DNA of 64,000 nucleotides from Macrostomum lignano (taxonomy: Eukaryota). Where the stretch lies: positions 248,001 to 312,000 of the forward strand of contig NIVC01000540.1 of NCBI GenBank assembly GCA_002269645.1. Reading direction: 5' to 3'. The stretch's first letter is position 1, and each line of letters begins with the position of its first letter. Below are positions 11,201 through 24,535 of this stretch, in pieces. A program made the translations under genes and the position numbers. The notes under the pieces are model-generated. The model made no database searches. It was given only the letters and a program-made list of their open reading frames with translations, and had not been told where the DNA came from.

Positions 11201-14200
11201 ATGGAGCAGCAGCCAGCTAAAGAAAATGTTCCGCAGAGCAGCACTTCAGAAGAGAGCGCTCAAGATGCTCCAATTGTTGAAGATGAAATCGGAGATCCTA
11301 ATCTGCCAAAGTGCCTTCGCAATCCGTTCACAGACCAGTTCAAAAAGATGAGGCAAGACTTTTTCAATGAAAACATAACAAAAGTATCACATTTGAAACA
11401 GTGCTACGTGTGTAGGGAAAAGTTTCCTGGAAAATATTTTAGCATCGATTCTGAAGACATGTGCGATCGTTGTTTCAGAGATGACAATGAGCCGAAATCG
11501 TTTAGCCAAGAAAACAATGCGATTCCGATGTTGGAGCAGCCAGAAGATTTGCAAGATTTGAGTGTAGCAGAGCAAATGTTGATTTCGCCAGTTTTGTCGG
11601 TTATTGTTGTGGTACAAATTTTTCCCCAAAAGCAAACAAAATCGAGAGGACACGGAATCATGTTGCCTCAAGATCAGTCGCACGTTTTGCGAGAGCTGCC
11701 AAGACGATCTCTGCCAGTTGTTTTAATGTACGACGAAAGAGCCCGTGTTCAGCCTGGAGAAGCGCAAAGCGGCACAATGAACAATTTGCGAGTTCGACGC
11801 GACAAAGTGACTAATGCGATGCGCTATTTAATGGCAAACAACAAGTACTTTAGACAGTATCAGGTTTCAATGAATAATGATGCGTTGCTACATCTGCCTG
11901 AAGATGGTTATGCTCATCAAGTAGAAGGTATGATTGTCGAAATGCAGTCTGACAATGAAGTGAATTTCGAGGCGGCACAGCAAGAAGGCGGCTCAGCCAG
12001 AGCTGAGCGATTGCAGCAACAAGTAGAAAAAAATGCGGACGAGACGAACGAGCTCGAGGAAACAATTAGTTCGCTGTTGGAGACTCCTTTGCGTCGATTG
12101 GAATCGGCAGTACGAGACAAATTTTTGAGTGAAAAATTGAAATGGCCAGCAAGAAGCAACGAGCCGGTAAACGAATTTCAGGATGAAGGATATTTTACAT
12201 TGGCTTATCCTCATCTCTTTCCGGATGGAGCAGGAGATTATAGTACGCCACGTAATTTTGGACTAAGTTTGGGCGACTATGCAAAGCATTTGATGCAATT
12301 CCGGTGTCCAAGATTTCGTACCGATTTGCGGTTTAAATTTTACATTGAAAATATGGTGATGCGTTGGAGGGCGCTGGAAGTTGGTCGCGTGTTTGTACAC
12401 GACAACAAGTATGCTGGATTAAGTGCCAAGGAAATGATTGAAGCACTAAATGACCCGGCAGTATTGGCTAGCGTGTCAGTTCGAGCATCAGATTTGCGAG
12501 GCACAAGCGCTTATTGGCAGAGTAAAGGACGGCAATTGGAAGCCATGATTCGAACGCTTGGTGTTCCTCATTTTTTCGTGACACTATCGGCAGCAGATGT
12601 ACATTGGCCAGAGTTGCAGCATGCCTGGGGAATCGATGCAGAGCAATATGAAAGCAATGTAGAACTAAGAGCAGAAATGTTGTCAAAGTTGCAAAAAGAT
12701 CCCGGAATGGCAGACACTGTGTTTTGGTTGCGATTTGAAACATGTTTGAAACGTTTTTTGGTCGAGCACTGGAAAGTAAACGATTATTGGTTTCGCATAG
12801 AATATCAGAGTCGCGGAAGTCCACACGTTCACGGTTGCATTTGGATGCCAGATGGTGTTGATGTGACATCGAATACATTGAATGCAGAAGAATTGACGAG
12901 CTTTGTTGACAAGTACATCTGTAGTTGGAATTTGGCCATGGACGAATCGGATTATGGAAATCAAGTTTTGAATGGCAGTTTAGCAGGTCAAGGTCATCCA
13001 GCTCAACTGAAACCGGAAGAGATTGAAAATGACAAGCAAGATTTGCAGTTAATTTCGCATTTGACAGAGAGGCACACTATTTGCAGTAAAAAGTGCTTGC
13101 GAACAGTAAAAGGCAAACAAGAGTGCCGATTCAAGTATCCGCGCGAGCCGCAGGAAAAGACTGTTGCAAAGCGAGTATCCCGTTTAAATTGGCAAGTTGA
13201 GACGCAGCGCAACGACGAGCGAATGATTTCTCACAGTCCGCAGTTGCTGTGCATGTGGAGAGCCAATGTCGATGTTCAAATGATTTCGTCCGTGAAGAAT
13301 TTGATTCGCTATTTGATCAAGTATGCGACAAAAAGCGAAAAGGAGTCGGATTATATGGCGGAGCTGACAAAGCGTCTTCATAAGGAGTTGGAAGATAATG
13401 CAGAACAGAATGCCGATAACAATTTTCAGCGTAGCAACACTGCAAGGCGTGTTGTACAACAACACTTGATGGCGCAAGTTGGAGCGCGTGATTATTCGGC
13501 GCAAGAGGCAATGCATTTGCTATTGCAGACGTCAATGTACAAGGGTTCGCGAGAATTTGTTTTTGTTCAGACTGGCGAAACCCGCGCAGTGGAGGAAAAG
13601 GGTGTTTGCAGGAATAGTTGCGACAAGTATTCAAAGCGTGCAAAGAATTTGGAAAATGTAACAATGTTTCGTTTCTTTTCCGACTACTGTCTCAGCCCTA
13701 ATGGGAGGTGCACAAAAAGGCCGAAACAAGTAGTTTTGCTAATCAGTCCATTTTTTCGACCGAATGAGCAATCAGACGAAAGACGCGAAGGCTATTATCG
13801 GCAGCAGGTTTTGTTGTACAGTTGTTGGCGAAATGAGCGAGAAGCCAAAGGTTTGCACACAAGCTGGCAGCAAGCGTACGAAGCCATGCCTGCTGAGAAT
13901 CGATGCGAGCTGCAGCTGCCCAATTTGGACGATTTGCGCAACGACGAAGCTGACGAAGAAGTCGAAGCAGTTGCGGAGCTACCCGAAATGACCAACGCAA
14001 ATGCGCAATCTGCTGCTCAGCCAACTTATGAGCACGAAGAGCAAGAAGATTGGATGGTTGCAGTGGGGGCACTTCATCGCGAGAGAAATCTATTGGCCTG
14101 TCCAGAAGATCAATTGCCAAAGCCGCCAGAAAATTTTGACTGGAGCGCAGCTAGTGGCGGCCAGTTTCCAACGGTTGGAGAAGCAAAGGCGTTTTTAAGT

Positions 14201-15742
14201 AGCGACCTAAAACTTGGCGCAAGAGAGGTCGCTGACATGCCGATAAACAGTGTTGAATCGCTTAATGTTCGGCAGCGAGAAATGTACAACCTAATTGAAA
14301 GTCATTTGCAGCTTTCAAGACTAGCCGAAGAAAACCAAGGCGAAAAGCCGGAGCCTCTCAAAGCAATTTTGTATGGTAGCGCTGGAACTGGAAAAAGCTA
14401 CTTGATTTCTACATTGCGTCGGTTGATTGGAGAATCAAGATGCAGAATTATGGCATCAACAGGCGTAGCCGCTTTCAATATTGCAGGCGAAACTTTGCAC
14501 TCGGCTTTGAAATTGAATGTAAATTTTAGTGCTGGTGTTGGCAAGAAATCCCTAATGGAGATGCAAGAGCAGTGGAAAGATGTGCGCTACATTTTTATTG
14601 ACGAATTTAGCATGCTTGGCCAAAGGTTACTCCGTAAGGTGGATGCTCGTTTGCGCGAATTGTTTCCAGAACACAGTAAACAGAGTTTTGGTGGTCGATC
14701 TGTAATCCTAATTGGCGACGTGTTTCAATTGCCTCCAGTTTTGGACACGCAACTGTACGTTTACAATCCAAATCAAAAGAAGCACGATATATTGAAATCT
14801 GAAGGCTATAAATTGTACATGGAGTTCAAAAAGGTTGTGCATCTGACAGAACAAGTCCGACAAGCAAACGATACGGAATTCGCCCAGTTGTTGGATAAAC
14901 TTCGCGAAGGCAAGGCCGACGAAGCCTGCTGGAATTCGTTGATGAACAATTGTCGCGTCTATGCTCCCGACCTTTTGCCTGAAGGTTTCCAAAGCGGGTG
15001 TACATTTTTATATCACACTAACGAGGATGTGAGAAATCGCAACTACATGCTATTGGGAAAGATGGTTTCCGAATTGAATCCTGTGCGGCAAATTAACGCA
15101 ATTTGTAAAGGAGACGAAGCAAAATTGTGTGGCAAAAAGAAGGAACATAAAAAATCGGATACGAATCTGGAGAAGCGACTCTATTTGTGTATTGGTGCTC
15201 GAGTAATGCTAACTAGAAATCTGTCAGTACGCAATGGACTTGTGAATGGATCAGTTGGAACTGTACGAGGAATTTGCTACGCTCCTGGAAGGCAATCACC
15301 AAAGGATTGGCCAGATTGTATTTGGGTTGAATTTGACAATTATTCTGGCCCAGCAATGGGGGCAATTGTACAAGATAATCGTGCAATTCGTGTAGTGCCA
15401 ATTCTGTCAGTAACGAATGAAAAGTTTAAAGGAGGAGCCCAATTGTCGCGTCAACAATTTCCACTACGATTGGCTTGGGCTAGTACGATTCACAAGAGCC
15501 AAGGACTTACAATTCCAAAAGCGTACGTGGCGTTTAGCAAAGGAGGCGCCAGGAAAGCTATTCCAGCTGGATTATTTTATACTGCGGTGAGTAGAGTTCG
15601 TGCATTTGCAGATTTGCGAGTATCAAGTTGCGATTACAACAATTTCGTGAGCCTTTTTTCTGCACAAAAAGTGCAGACGCAGTTGCATGAGCAAAAGCGT
15701 TTGCTGAGAATGTGCTCATCCGCGAATTCTGATAGCCGCTAA
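8299..15742 (+). CDS. Helitron-like RepHel protein (HUH Rep + Pif1-family SF1 helicase) with N-terminal OTU protease; spliced, exons 8299-8377, 9157-9528, 9714-15742; 2159 aa
   Basis: OTU motifs VRGDGNCFF (Cys 9836) and QHYE (His 10205); C4 cluster CYVC..CDRC; Rep motifs PHFFVTLSAAD, FRIEYQSRGSPHVH (12791-12832), YLIKYATK (13310-13333); helicase GSAGTGKS (14375), FIDEFSM, LIGDVFQLPPV, QFPLRLAWASTIHKSQGLT. GT-AG introns 8378-9156 and 9529-9713 both join in phase 1; spliced length is 6480 nt. The long exon is near certain; the two 5' exons are inferred from phase-compatible splice sites. Confidence 0.9.
8706..8876 (+). repeat. 14-bp minisatellite (TGAATAGTTTCGAC) in RepHel intron 1
   Basis: About 11 degenerate tandem units. 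Confidence 0.85.
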
Positions 15743-15764
15743 CTTGCTATTCTAAAGTCGGCAA

Positions 15765-18723
15765 CTATTTAGTCAGCAACTATCCATCCAGTCAGCATCC
15801 GTCCAGTCAGCAGCCGTCAGTCAGCAACAATCCAGTCAGCAACCATCCAGTCAGCAACCATCCAGTCAGCAAACATCCATCCAGTCAGCAACCATTCGTC
15901 CAGTCAGCATCCATCCAGTCAGCAACCATCCAGTCAGCAACCATCCAGTCAGCATCCGTCCAGTCAGCAGCCATCCAGTCAGCAACCGTCCATCCAGTCA
16001 GCAACAATCCAGTCAGCAATCATCCAGTCAGCAACCATCCAGTCACAACCATCCAGTCAGCAGTCATCCAGTCAGCAACCATCCGTCCAGTCAGCAACCA
16101 TCCGTCCAGTCAGCAATCATCCGTCCAGTCAGCGACCATCCAGTCGGCAACCATCCAGTCACAACCATACGTCCAGTCAGCAACCATCCAGTCAGCAACC
16201 ATCCAGTCAGCAACCATCCATCCATTCAGCAACCATCCAGTCAGCAACCATCCAGTCAGCAACCATCCAGTCAGCAACCATTCGTCCAGCAACCATCCAT
16301 CCAGTCAGCAACAATCCAGTCAGCAACCATCCAGTCAGCAAACATCCATCCAGTCAGCAACCATTCGTCCAGTCAGCAACCATCCAGTCAGCAACCATCC
16401 AGTCAGCAACCATCCAGTCAGCATCCGTCCAGTCAGCAGCCATCCAGTCAGCAACCGTCCATCCAGTCAGCAACAATCCAGTCAGCAATCATCCAGTCAG
16501 CAACCATCCAGTCACAACCATCCAGTCAGCAGTCATCCAGTCAGCAACCATCCGTCCAGTCAGCAACCATCCGTCCAGTCAGCAATCATCCGTCCAGTCA
16601 GCGACCATCCAGTCGGCAACCATCCAGTCACAACCATACGTCCAGTCAGCAACCATCCAGTCAGCAACCATCCAGTCAGCAACCATCCATCCATTCAGCA
16701 ACCATCCAGTCAGCAACCATCCAGTCAGCAACCATCCAGTCAGCAACCATTCGTCCAGCAACCATCCATCCAGTCAGCAACAATCCAGTCAGCAACCATC
16801 CAGTCAGCAACCATCCAGTCAGCAACCATCCGTCCAGTCAGCAACCATCCAGTCAGCAGCCATCCTGTCAGCAGCCATCCAGTCAGCAGCCATCCAGTCA
16901 GCAACCGTCCATCCAGTCAGCACCCATCCAGTCAACAACCATCCAGTCAGCGACCATCCAGTCAGCAACCATCCAGTCAGCAACCATCCAGTCAACAACA
17001 GTCCATCCAGTCAGCAAACATCCATCCAGTCAGCAACCATCCAGTCAACAACAGTCCATCCAGTCAGCAACCATCCATCCAGTCAGCAACAATCCAGTCA
17101 CAACCATACATCCAGTCAGCAACCATCCAGTCAGCAACCATCCGTCCAGTCAGCAACCATCCAGTCAGCAGCCATCCTGTCAGCAGCCATCCAGTCAGCA
17201 GCCATCCAGTCAGCAACCGTCCATCCAGTCAGCACCCATCCAGTCAACAACCATCCAGTCAGCGACCATCCAGTCAGCAACCATCCAGTCAGCAACCATC
17301 CAGTCAGCAAACATCCATCCAGTCAGCAACCATCCAGTCAACAACAGTCCATCAAGTCAGCAACCAATCATCCAGTCAGCAACAATCCAGTCAGCAACAA
17401 TCCAGTCAGCAACAATCCAGTCACAACCATACATCCAGTCAGCAACCATCCAGTCAGCAACCGTCCATCCAGTCAGCAACAATCCAGTCAGCAACAATCC
17501 AGTCAGCAACCGTCCATCCAGTCAGCAACTATCCAGTCAGCAACCATCCATCCAGTCAGCAACCGTCCAGTCAGCAACCATCCAGTCAGCAATCATCCAT
17601 CCAGTCAGCAACCATCCAGTCAACAACCGTCCATCCAGTCAGCAACCATCCAGTCAACAACCATCCAGTCAGCGACCATCCAGTCAGCAACCATCCAGTC
17701 AGCAACCATCCAGTCAGCAACCATCCAGTCAGCAAACATCCATCCAGTCAGCAACCATCCAGTCAACAACAGTCCATCCAGTCAGCAACCATCCATCCAG
17801 TCAGCAACAATCCAGTCACAACCATACATCCAGTCAGCAACCATCCAGTCAGCAACCGTCCATCCAGTCAGCAACAATCCAGTCAGCAACAATCCAGTCA
17901 CAACCATACATCCAGTCAGCAACCATCCAGTCAGCAACCGTCCGTCCAGTCAGCAACAATCCAGTCAGGAACAATCCAGTCAGCAACCATCCAGTCAGCA
18001 ACCATCCAGTCAGCAACCGTCCATCCAGTCAGCAACAATCCAGTCACAACCATCCGTCCAGTCAGCAACCATCCAGTCAGCAAACATCCATCCAGTCGGA
18101 AACCATCCAGGCAGCAACCATCTAGTCAGCAACCATCCATCGAGTCAGCAACCGTCCAGTCAGCAACCATCCAGTCAGCAGCCATCCTGTCAGCAGCCAT
18201 CCAGTCAGCAAACATTCATCCAGTCAGCAACCATCCATCCAGTCAGCACCCATCCAGTCAACAACCATCCAGTCAGCGACCATCCAGTCAGCAACCATCC
18301 AGTCAGCAACCATCCAGTCAGCAAACATCCATCCAGTCAGCAACCATCCAGTCAACAACAGTCCATCCAGTCAGCAACAATCCAGTCAGCAACAATCCAG
18401 TCACAACCATACATCCAGTCAGCAACCATCCAGTCAGCAGCCATCTAGTCAGCAGCCATCGAGTCAGCAGCCATCCAGTGAGCAACCGTCCATCCAGTTA
18501 GCAACCATCCAGTCAGCAACAATCCAGTCACAACCATACGTCCAGTCAGCAACCATCCAGTCAGCAACCATCCGTCCAGTCAGCAACCATTCCAGTCAGC
18601 AACAATCCAGTCACAACCATACGTCCAGTCAGCAACCATCCAGTCAGCAACCGTCCATCCAGTCAGCAACCATCCAGTCAGCAACAATCCAGTCACAACC
18701 ATACGTCCAGTCAACAACCATCC
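15765..18723 (+). repeat. About 3-kb minisatellite, 15-bp core CCATCCAGTCAGCAA with 19-bp variants and higher-order repeats
   Basis: Continuous tandem units. An exact higher-order duplication at offset 469 bp gives identical antisense ORFs 16110-16292 and 16579-16761. Confidence 0.97.
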
Positions 18724-19832
18724 AATTATTTACGATAAATTGCGTAATTTGCGTTGCAGTGGCTGCTGAATTCTCATAAGCAAAGCACTTAAAAAGCTAA
18801 TGTCTGCTCGAGTTACAATTTAAATATTCTTTCCAAAAACGAACACTCTATTGAGTGGGTACTGCGCGCATGTTTGCCGTTTGGCGGTTTTGATACAAAT
18901 TTGCGAAACTATTATTGCGCGCAGCACCGCCCACAAAATGTGCAGTGAAAGTCCCTAAAAGTGTGAGTAGCATTGATTAACCTTTCACAGTGTAAAAAAA
19001 TTTACAGTGTAAAAAATGGTGTAAAGTTTCCATAAAAATATCTTTGTTTTTAATTCTCATTGCACTGTGTGAGGTTAGTTAAATGCTCGACGCTTTTTGT
19101 TTTAGACACGGCAGTATTTTTCTCATATAATAGTTTACATATTTATTGATTAATTCGTTTTTTCGGAGTTTTGAAAGCTGCTGTGCCTAATTATGGATTT
19201 AGCTAAATGATCAGGCTACCTAATGTTGGGTAACTTGTATCAAATGGCAAAGCATTTCACTGCAAAGTCGCATCCGGTGGTTTCACGTACCTGTGGGCGT
19301 TAAACTGTACATTTGAAATGCTGAATTTCTAGGAAAATCTCATTTCAAATTACAGTGAACAGAATCGGAGCGGCGAAAATTTTTTTTAACTAATTTCGTT
19401 GTTAATTGCAAGATTATTTTTCGTAAGTCCAAATGTCCAAGATATTTATTATGAGTATTATTTCTTGGACCTTAGTATATGATGTTAATTCATGTGTCTC
19501 AGTTTGATTTTTTGAGTCTATTTAATAGAACTTTGTGATTAAAAAATTAATGAATGGTAAATTATAATTAATTAGTCACATAGGACATATGTAACTAAAA
19601 TACGTAGCATCTAAGTAGTTTACAATAGTTTAACATTTTTAGGGTTTTATGTGTTGCAAAACTGTACTCAAAGAAATCAAAAATAATTTCGAAATATTGA
19701 GCAATTAATGCACTTCGACCTGCTAAGGTGGCACACCTTCAATCTAGTTAATGGAATTCTCATCTCATGAGCTCTAGTCTATGGACAAACCTGAAATTAC
19801 TAGAATATCTAGATAGATCTAAACTTCTTTGA

Positions 19833-19849
19833 GCAGCGCGTTGCGCTGC
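19833..19849. other. GC-rich hairpin GCAGCGC-GTT-GCGCTGC, candidate Helitron terminal palindrome
   Basis: Perfect 7-bp stem with a 3-nt loop in AT-rich DNA, 1.1 kb after the minisatellite; no CTAG or T-run terminus follows it. Confidence 0.3.
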
Positions 19850-22140
19850 GAGCAAAATACATGTAGATTCCTTAGCGCAACTAATTAATAGTGTAGTACA
19901 GTCTACAGCCTGAAGTAGCCTGTGTAAGATGCGGAGGGATGATTTTTGCATAGGAAGCCACTACGGTAAGGTTGATGGAACTATGGGGAGGTGAGAGATT
20001 CAAAGCGAGGGACGGAAGCCATGCATAGTTCGATCATAAGTTTGATTATTCCATGAGTCTGGGGATGCATTAACGAGAGGCGGACGAGAGCATAGAAATA
20101 AAGCGGGCTAAATATATTAATACACAAAATTACATGTACTAGCTAGTAATTTCAGAATGGTCAGCGACTCCTCCGATTTGTATCCGCGACCGCGTGCCCA
20201 CAAATCCCCGGCAGACCCTGTCGCAGTTGGTGGTTGTGCACAGAATACAATGTTAATTTTCGAGCTTCTCTGCAAAAAATGCGTGATGCACTCAAGATGC
20301 GTGCTATAGTCTACTTCTTTGATTGATGGCTGGGTTTTGCCTTTTCGCTTGTGATCATCAAAAGCTTGGGCGTCATTGCTACTGGTGTTTCAGTGTGCGC
20401 ATTATGTCTGGTTATCATATTATGTGCATGTGCAGTGTCTTTTACCTACATTTTTGTTTGTCTCTGTTTCCTGCATGCTCTTTCGCATTTTTACACCTCG
20501 CACACCCTCATTTTTCTCAATTAACAAGTGAAATCTTTTTTTAAAGACTAACTGCTATTTTAGTTAAGCTAGTAGGTTTTTGGTAATTAAATAATTCAAT
20601 TTTGTCTATTTTCCAAAAAGTTTCAAAAAATGAATTGATTAAAATAAATTTGAATTATTTTAAGTTAATTGGAGTAAAATGTCTAATAAGTAACTATAAT
20701 TTTTTATTTTAAGTACATGCAGCTTTGGTATAAGTATTAATGTAATAAGTACTTAAAGTAAAATCAAGCAAGTTATAGTTTTCAGAAATTATGCTACAAA
20801 TAATCAAATATATACTAGAATCCGAATTCCTTTATTAAGGAACATGCAGTTGATATTAAATCCACAATGTGCTTTTTGGTGTTCAAGGATAGTTCCCTGA
20901 CTTTTTCTATTATTAGTTAGATTTTATTATATTTAATGTAAAAATGAACAATTCTATTCACCGTAAAAATGAACATTCTTTATTTGTCGAATCATCTTGA
21001 CTTTGAAAAGATACATAGTGAAAACTTGATTTTTAATTCAACTTTTCAAGACTTATTTAGACTTCTTAATTCAGTGATTAGTTAAACTGATCGAAGTCCT
21101 TTCGAGTGCATGCTATAATAATTTCGCACTTTTTCGCACACGATAATTTTAAATGTCTGGGATTTAGAGCAGAGTAACAAAATGCTGTGCTCAAAAACAT
21201 TTCCTTTGTCAATTTCTTGTTCTTTTATTTTTGCAAAAGAAATTTAACTGCATATTTAAAATAAAAATAGAAGAAAATTTTATTTTCTCTTTAATATTTT
21301 TGTCGTTTATTTTCCGCAACAAAGAATAACAAATAGCCTTGATTTCTTCTCAATTTCAAGTTTTCTTGTGGTTTTAGTAGCAGCTTCTTACAGAAATTGT
21401 CGAAATAATTTTTTTTGTACGATTATTGGTCGATGTATAAACTTTTTTTGCAATAACAAAAAGTTGTGACCTAGCTTTGAGAACGACCCGCACGCTCATA
21501 CTCATACTACTACACTACACTACACACAGTTTGAATTAATTAAGTCAAAGCTGTTATAAACTTTAGCAAAATAGTGTAAACTATCACATAAGAGTAACAT
21601 ATAAGATTAACATTACATTAGTCTTAGACAGTATGTTTGGCTTGATCCTAAGCCTGGCCTGAGCTAAGCCATAACCATAAGGCATAAAGCATAATATTGT
21701 GATATGTTTAAAAACTTTTAATGTAGTATTTTAGGTTGGCTTATTTTTTGTGTAAATGGTAGTGTTTAAGCAGAACTGTAGTTCTTTTACACTTATAGTA
21801 CCTAGGACTGGGTCTAGGATAGGTGGTTAGGCCTAGGCCCTAGGCCAATGATTTAATTTAAAATATTTTTTAGCTTGACTAAGTTGGGCAGCTGGCCTAC
21901 TTAAAGTATAGGGCTAGGCTTTTAATTGAAAGAAGCATAGAATTTCTATTTTGAATTTGCATTTAGGGGCCTAATATTAAGCTAGTTAGTTTTTAGCTTA
22001 AAAATTATTAGTAGGCCTAACTAATTAAGCTAAAAAACATAGTAGAGGGGGCCTAGTGTTGTCTACAAGTCTACAATTATTAACTTTCTTGTCTAATTAA
22101 GCTAAGGTGCTTAATTTTCATTATAACTAGCTTAAGCTTG

Positions 22141-22181
22141 ATGGAAAAAATCAATAGAAAAAAGCCTAGTTGCTTTCAAAG
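22141..22181 (+). CDS. ATP9: Probable first coding exon of the ATP9 flippase (MEKINRKKPSCFQ-R)
   Basis: ATG at 22141, consensus donor AG|GTGAGT at 22182. Phase 2 matches the phase needed by the exon at 31980 (AG+G = Arg), giving MEKINRKKPSCFQRCWRRCC, similar to the basic/Cys N-terminus of ATP9 proteins. Implies a 9.8-kb intron. Confidence 0.5.
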
Positions 22182-22896
22182 GTGAGTAATTTATTTTTCT
22201 TATATTATAAATATTATATTTAAAAGTCTTGTATCATAAATTAATTTAGCACAACATAATAGGCCTAGTCTTTAGCAGAACAAGATTAAATAGAATAGAT
22301 TAGAATATGTAAATAGTTGTCCATATCTCTAAGAAGCAATATATTTAGCTTGCTAAATTGGCCAAGTTTATTTTTGAGTAGCAACAAAGAACAATTTATG
22401 AATAATAGATCAAAATGGCATTCCTTTGGTTTACAATTATCCCAGATAGTGACAATCACCTTAAACATTGACAATCACCACAAAAATAGTTGTAAGACAA
22501 AATCTATAGTTTCCAATGAAACAAAATAAAATGTTGGCAAATTGACTTTGTTTAGGCCTATTTCAAAAGATAGTAAGATTGTTGTAACACCTTATTTTTC
22601 ATCTTTGGTGTATGATCACCTAAGCTGGCAGTAGAAAAGCCTGTCAACTAATTTCTATTGTCAAGTTGCAAGTTTGAGCTATGGTAGCCTATATATTTCA
22701 CATTCAATTTATGATCACCCAAATGTATGTTGCCCATTAAAATGATCAATTGTGATCCAAAGCTAGATATAAGAAAGTGTACTGAGGGTTGACATTTTAA
22801 TAGAAAATGTATAGTTGGATGATCGTAAACTGAAAGTGATATAAATATTTTAAGCTACATAGCTCTAAGTTGCTCTTTGAATAGGACTCTTTGACA

Positions 22897-23953
22897 GGGT
22901 CCTAGTCATTTCATCAACTGGCATTTTGTCAATTGGCCATTTCATCAACTTGGTTTTATCAGTGGTCATTTCGTCAACTAGCCAATGAAGCAATCTCAAA
23001 CCTCGGTCACTTCATCAATTGGCCAACAGGAAGTGTTCCAACATTGGTCACTTTGTCAACTGCTAATAAACTACCTCCCGCAGCCGCAAAAAAGTAAAAC
23101 TGAAATTCATCAGCGTCCAGGTCTTGACACTGTACAGCAGGCTTGATCACTGCCTTGCCTGCAACAATGCTGCCCTCAAGCGGTTAGCTGTACATTAACC
23201 TGGCCTCGCGGACTACAGGACTCCCCCAGACTACATGTAAATGTACTGTAGCTCAAGCCAGTATACATGTACATTTTAGTGTCAAGCATGACAGGAATGA
23301 AATACCTTATACATGTACAGCATGATCAATCGATGAGTGCGTATGAATTGTGCATAATTATTTACTCCAATCAAGAGCATTACCAGATATCAAGATTCAC
23401 TGCAAGGGCTTTGGTTGACTATGCATAGCAGGTTGGAGGGGTGGGAAGGCGTACGCAGTCCACCAATTTTCATGATTCCATATATAAGGGACTTTTTAAC
23501 AGTCCTCAACGCGTTTTGATAGGAGAAATACCGATGTTATGTAGTCGCATGTATGGTTGCATAACACACAAATACTCAAGATTCATTAATGCCTGGATGC
23601 ATATGGGTATGAGTATGCATGGGGTAACGCATTTGCATAGAATATTTGCATCTAAACATTTAACCTAATAGACATGCAGTCTGGTATTGCAAAATTGCAA
23701 AATTTGTTCATTTTTTAAAAATAAGGCAATTAATAAAACAAGTCATCGATATAACAATAATTGTAAGCTATACAAGATATGCAGCTATATCAGCTACATA
23801 TGTATATCATTCATATAATGAAAATTTTAGTCACTTCATCAACAAGCAAATAGGAAAGACCTAGGCATTGGTCACTTTCTCAACCGCCAATAAAGTTTCC
23901 CTAACACTTTGGTCAAAGTTGGTCAACGCCAATTGACAAAATGACCATTACCC
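22897..23953. mobile_element. MITE with GGGT termini and 8-bp TSD CTTTGACA
   Basis: 5' GGGTCCTAGTCATTTCATCAACTGGC vs rc of 3' GGGTAATGGTCATTTTGTCAATTGGC; CTTTGACA at 22889-22896 and 23954-23961; internal GTCATTTCGTCAAC subrepeats. Confidence 0.75.
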
Positions 23954-24259
23954 CTTTGACACGCTTTTCTATAGCCAGCTTTGGTTCACAATCATCATTT
24001 TAATAGGAAAATATATGTTTAGATGATCTTAAACCAAAGGTGATATATATAAGCTACTAGTGAACCAATGTACAATCCTTTCAATTTCAAATAAACAAAG
24101 TTAGTTGATTAGCCAACTTTTGCTTGCTTTTTATTTGAAACTACTATTTCAAATGAATGTTTTTATATCTTAGTTTTGAACATGATATTTTTGCACTATA
24201 GTAAGCAAAATATAAGGTGATTGTAAACCCAAGCTAGAAAAATAGAAGGTGATCATAAA

Positions 24260-24535
24260 CATACATACGCAACCCCCTGATTTACACTGGCCATGCAACT
24301 TACTTTTTGACCAAAAGTGCAACTTACCTATGAAAGAAACCCTAGAGCAACATTAATGCAATATTGGGTAAATGGCAGGAGTAACTATGACTGTCTTTTA
24401 AGGGCTAAATGCCTCATCATCTAATTAGTACTATGTCTGTATTCTTTGGGGTGGGCAATTTTGCGACTTACCCCTGGTCCACCAAAATTTACGGTGGCCA
24501 GATCAGCCAGGTTGGCCAGCAGTTGCGCATGTATG
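24260..24535. mobile_element. Small MITE, TIR CATACAT(A/G)CGCAAC, imperfect 8-bp TSD
   Basis: TIR 13/14; flanks ATCATAAA and ATTATAAA (7/8). Confidence 0.55.

Larger units (their letters stand above)
8299..18723 (+). mobile_element. Autonomous Helitron-like element of HLE2 (Helentron/Helitron2) type; minimal extent, termini not resolved
   Basis: Uninterrupted RepHel ORF. RGSPH in Rep motif 2 matches the Helentron/Helitron2 signature as I recall it (canonical Helitrons RGLPH). No AP endonuclease after the helicase. A tandem array follows the stop codon. Confidence 0.8.

Noticed and set aside
5006-21490. Possible TIR pair CGGGTCGTTC(G/T)CAAA (5006-5020 and rc at 21476-21490) with CA on both flanks, enclosing the Helitron
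   Set aside because: Only 14/15 bp with no further similarity inward. A match this short is plausible by chance in 64 kb and a 2-bp TSD is weak. It would need other copies with the same ends.
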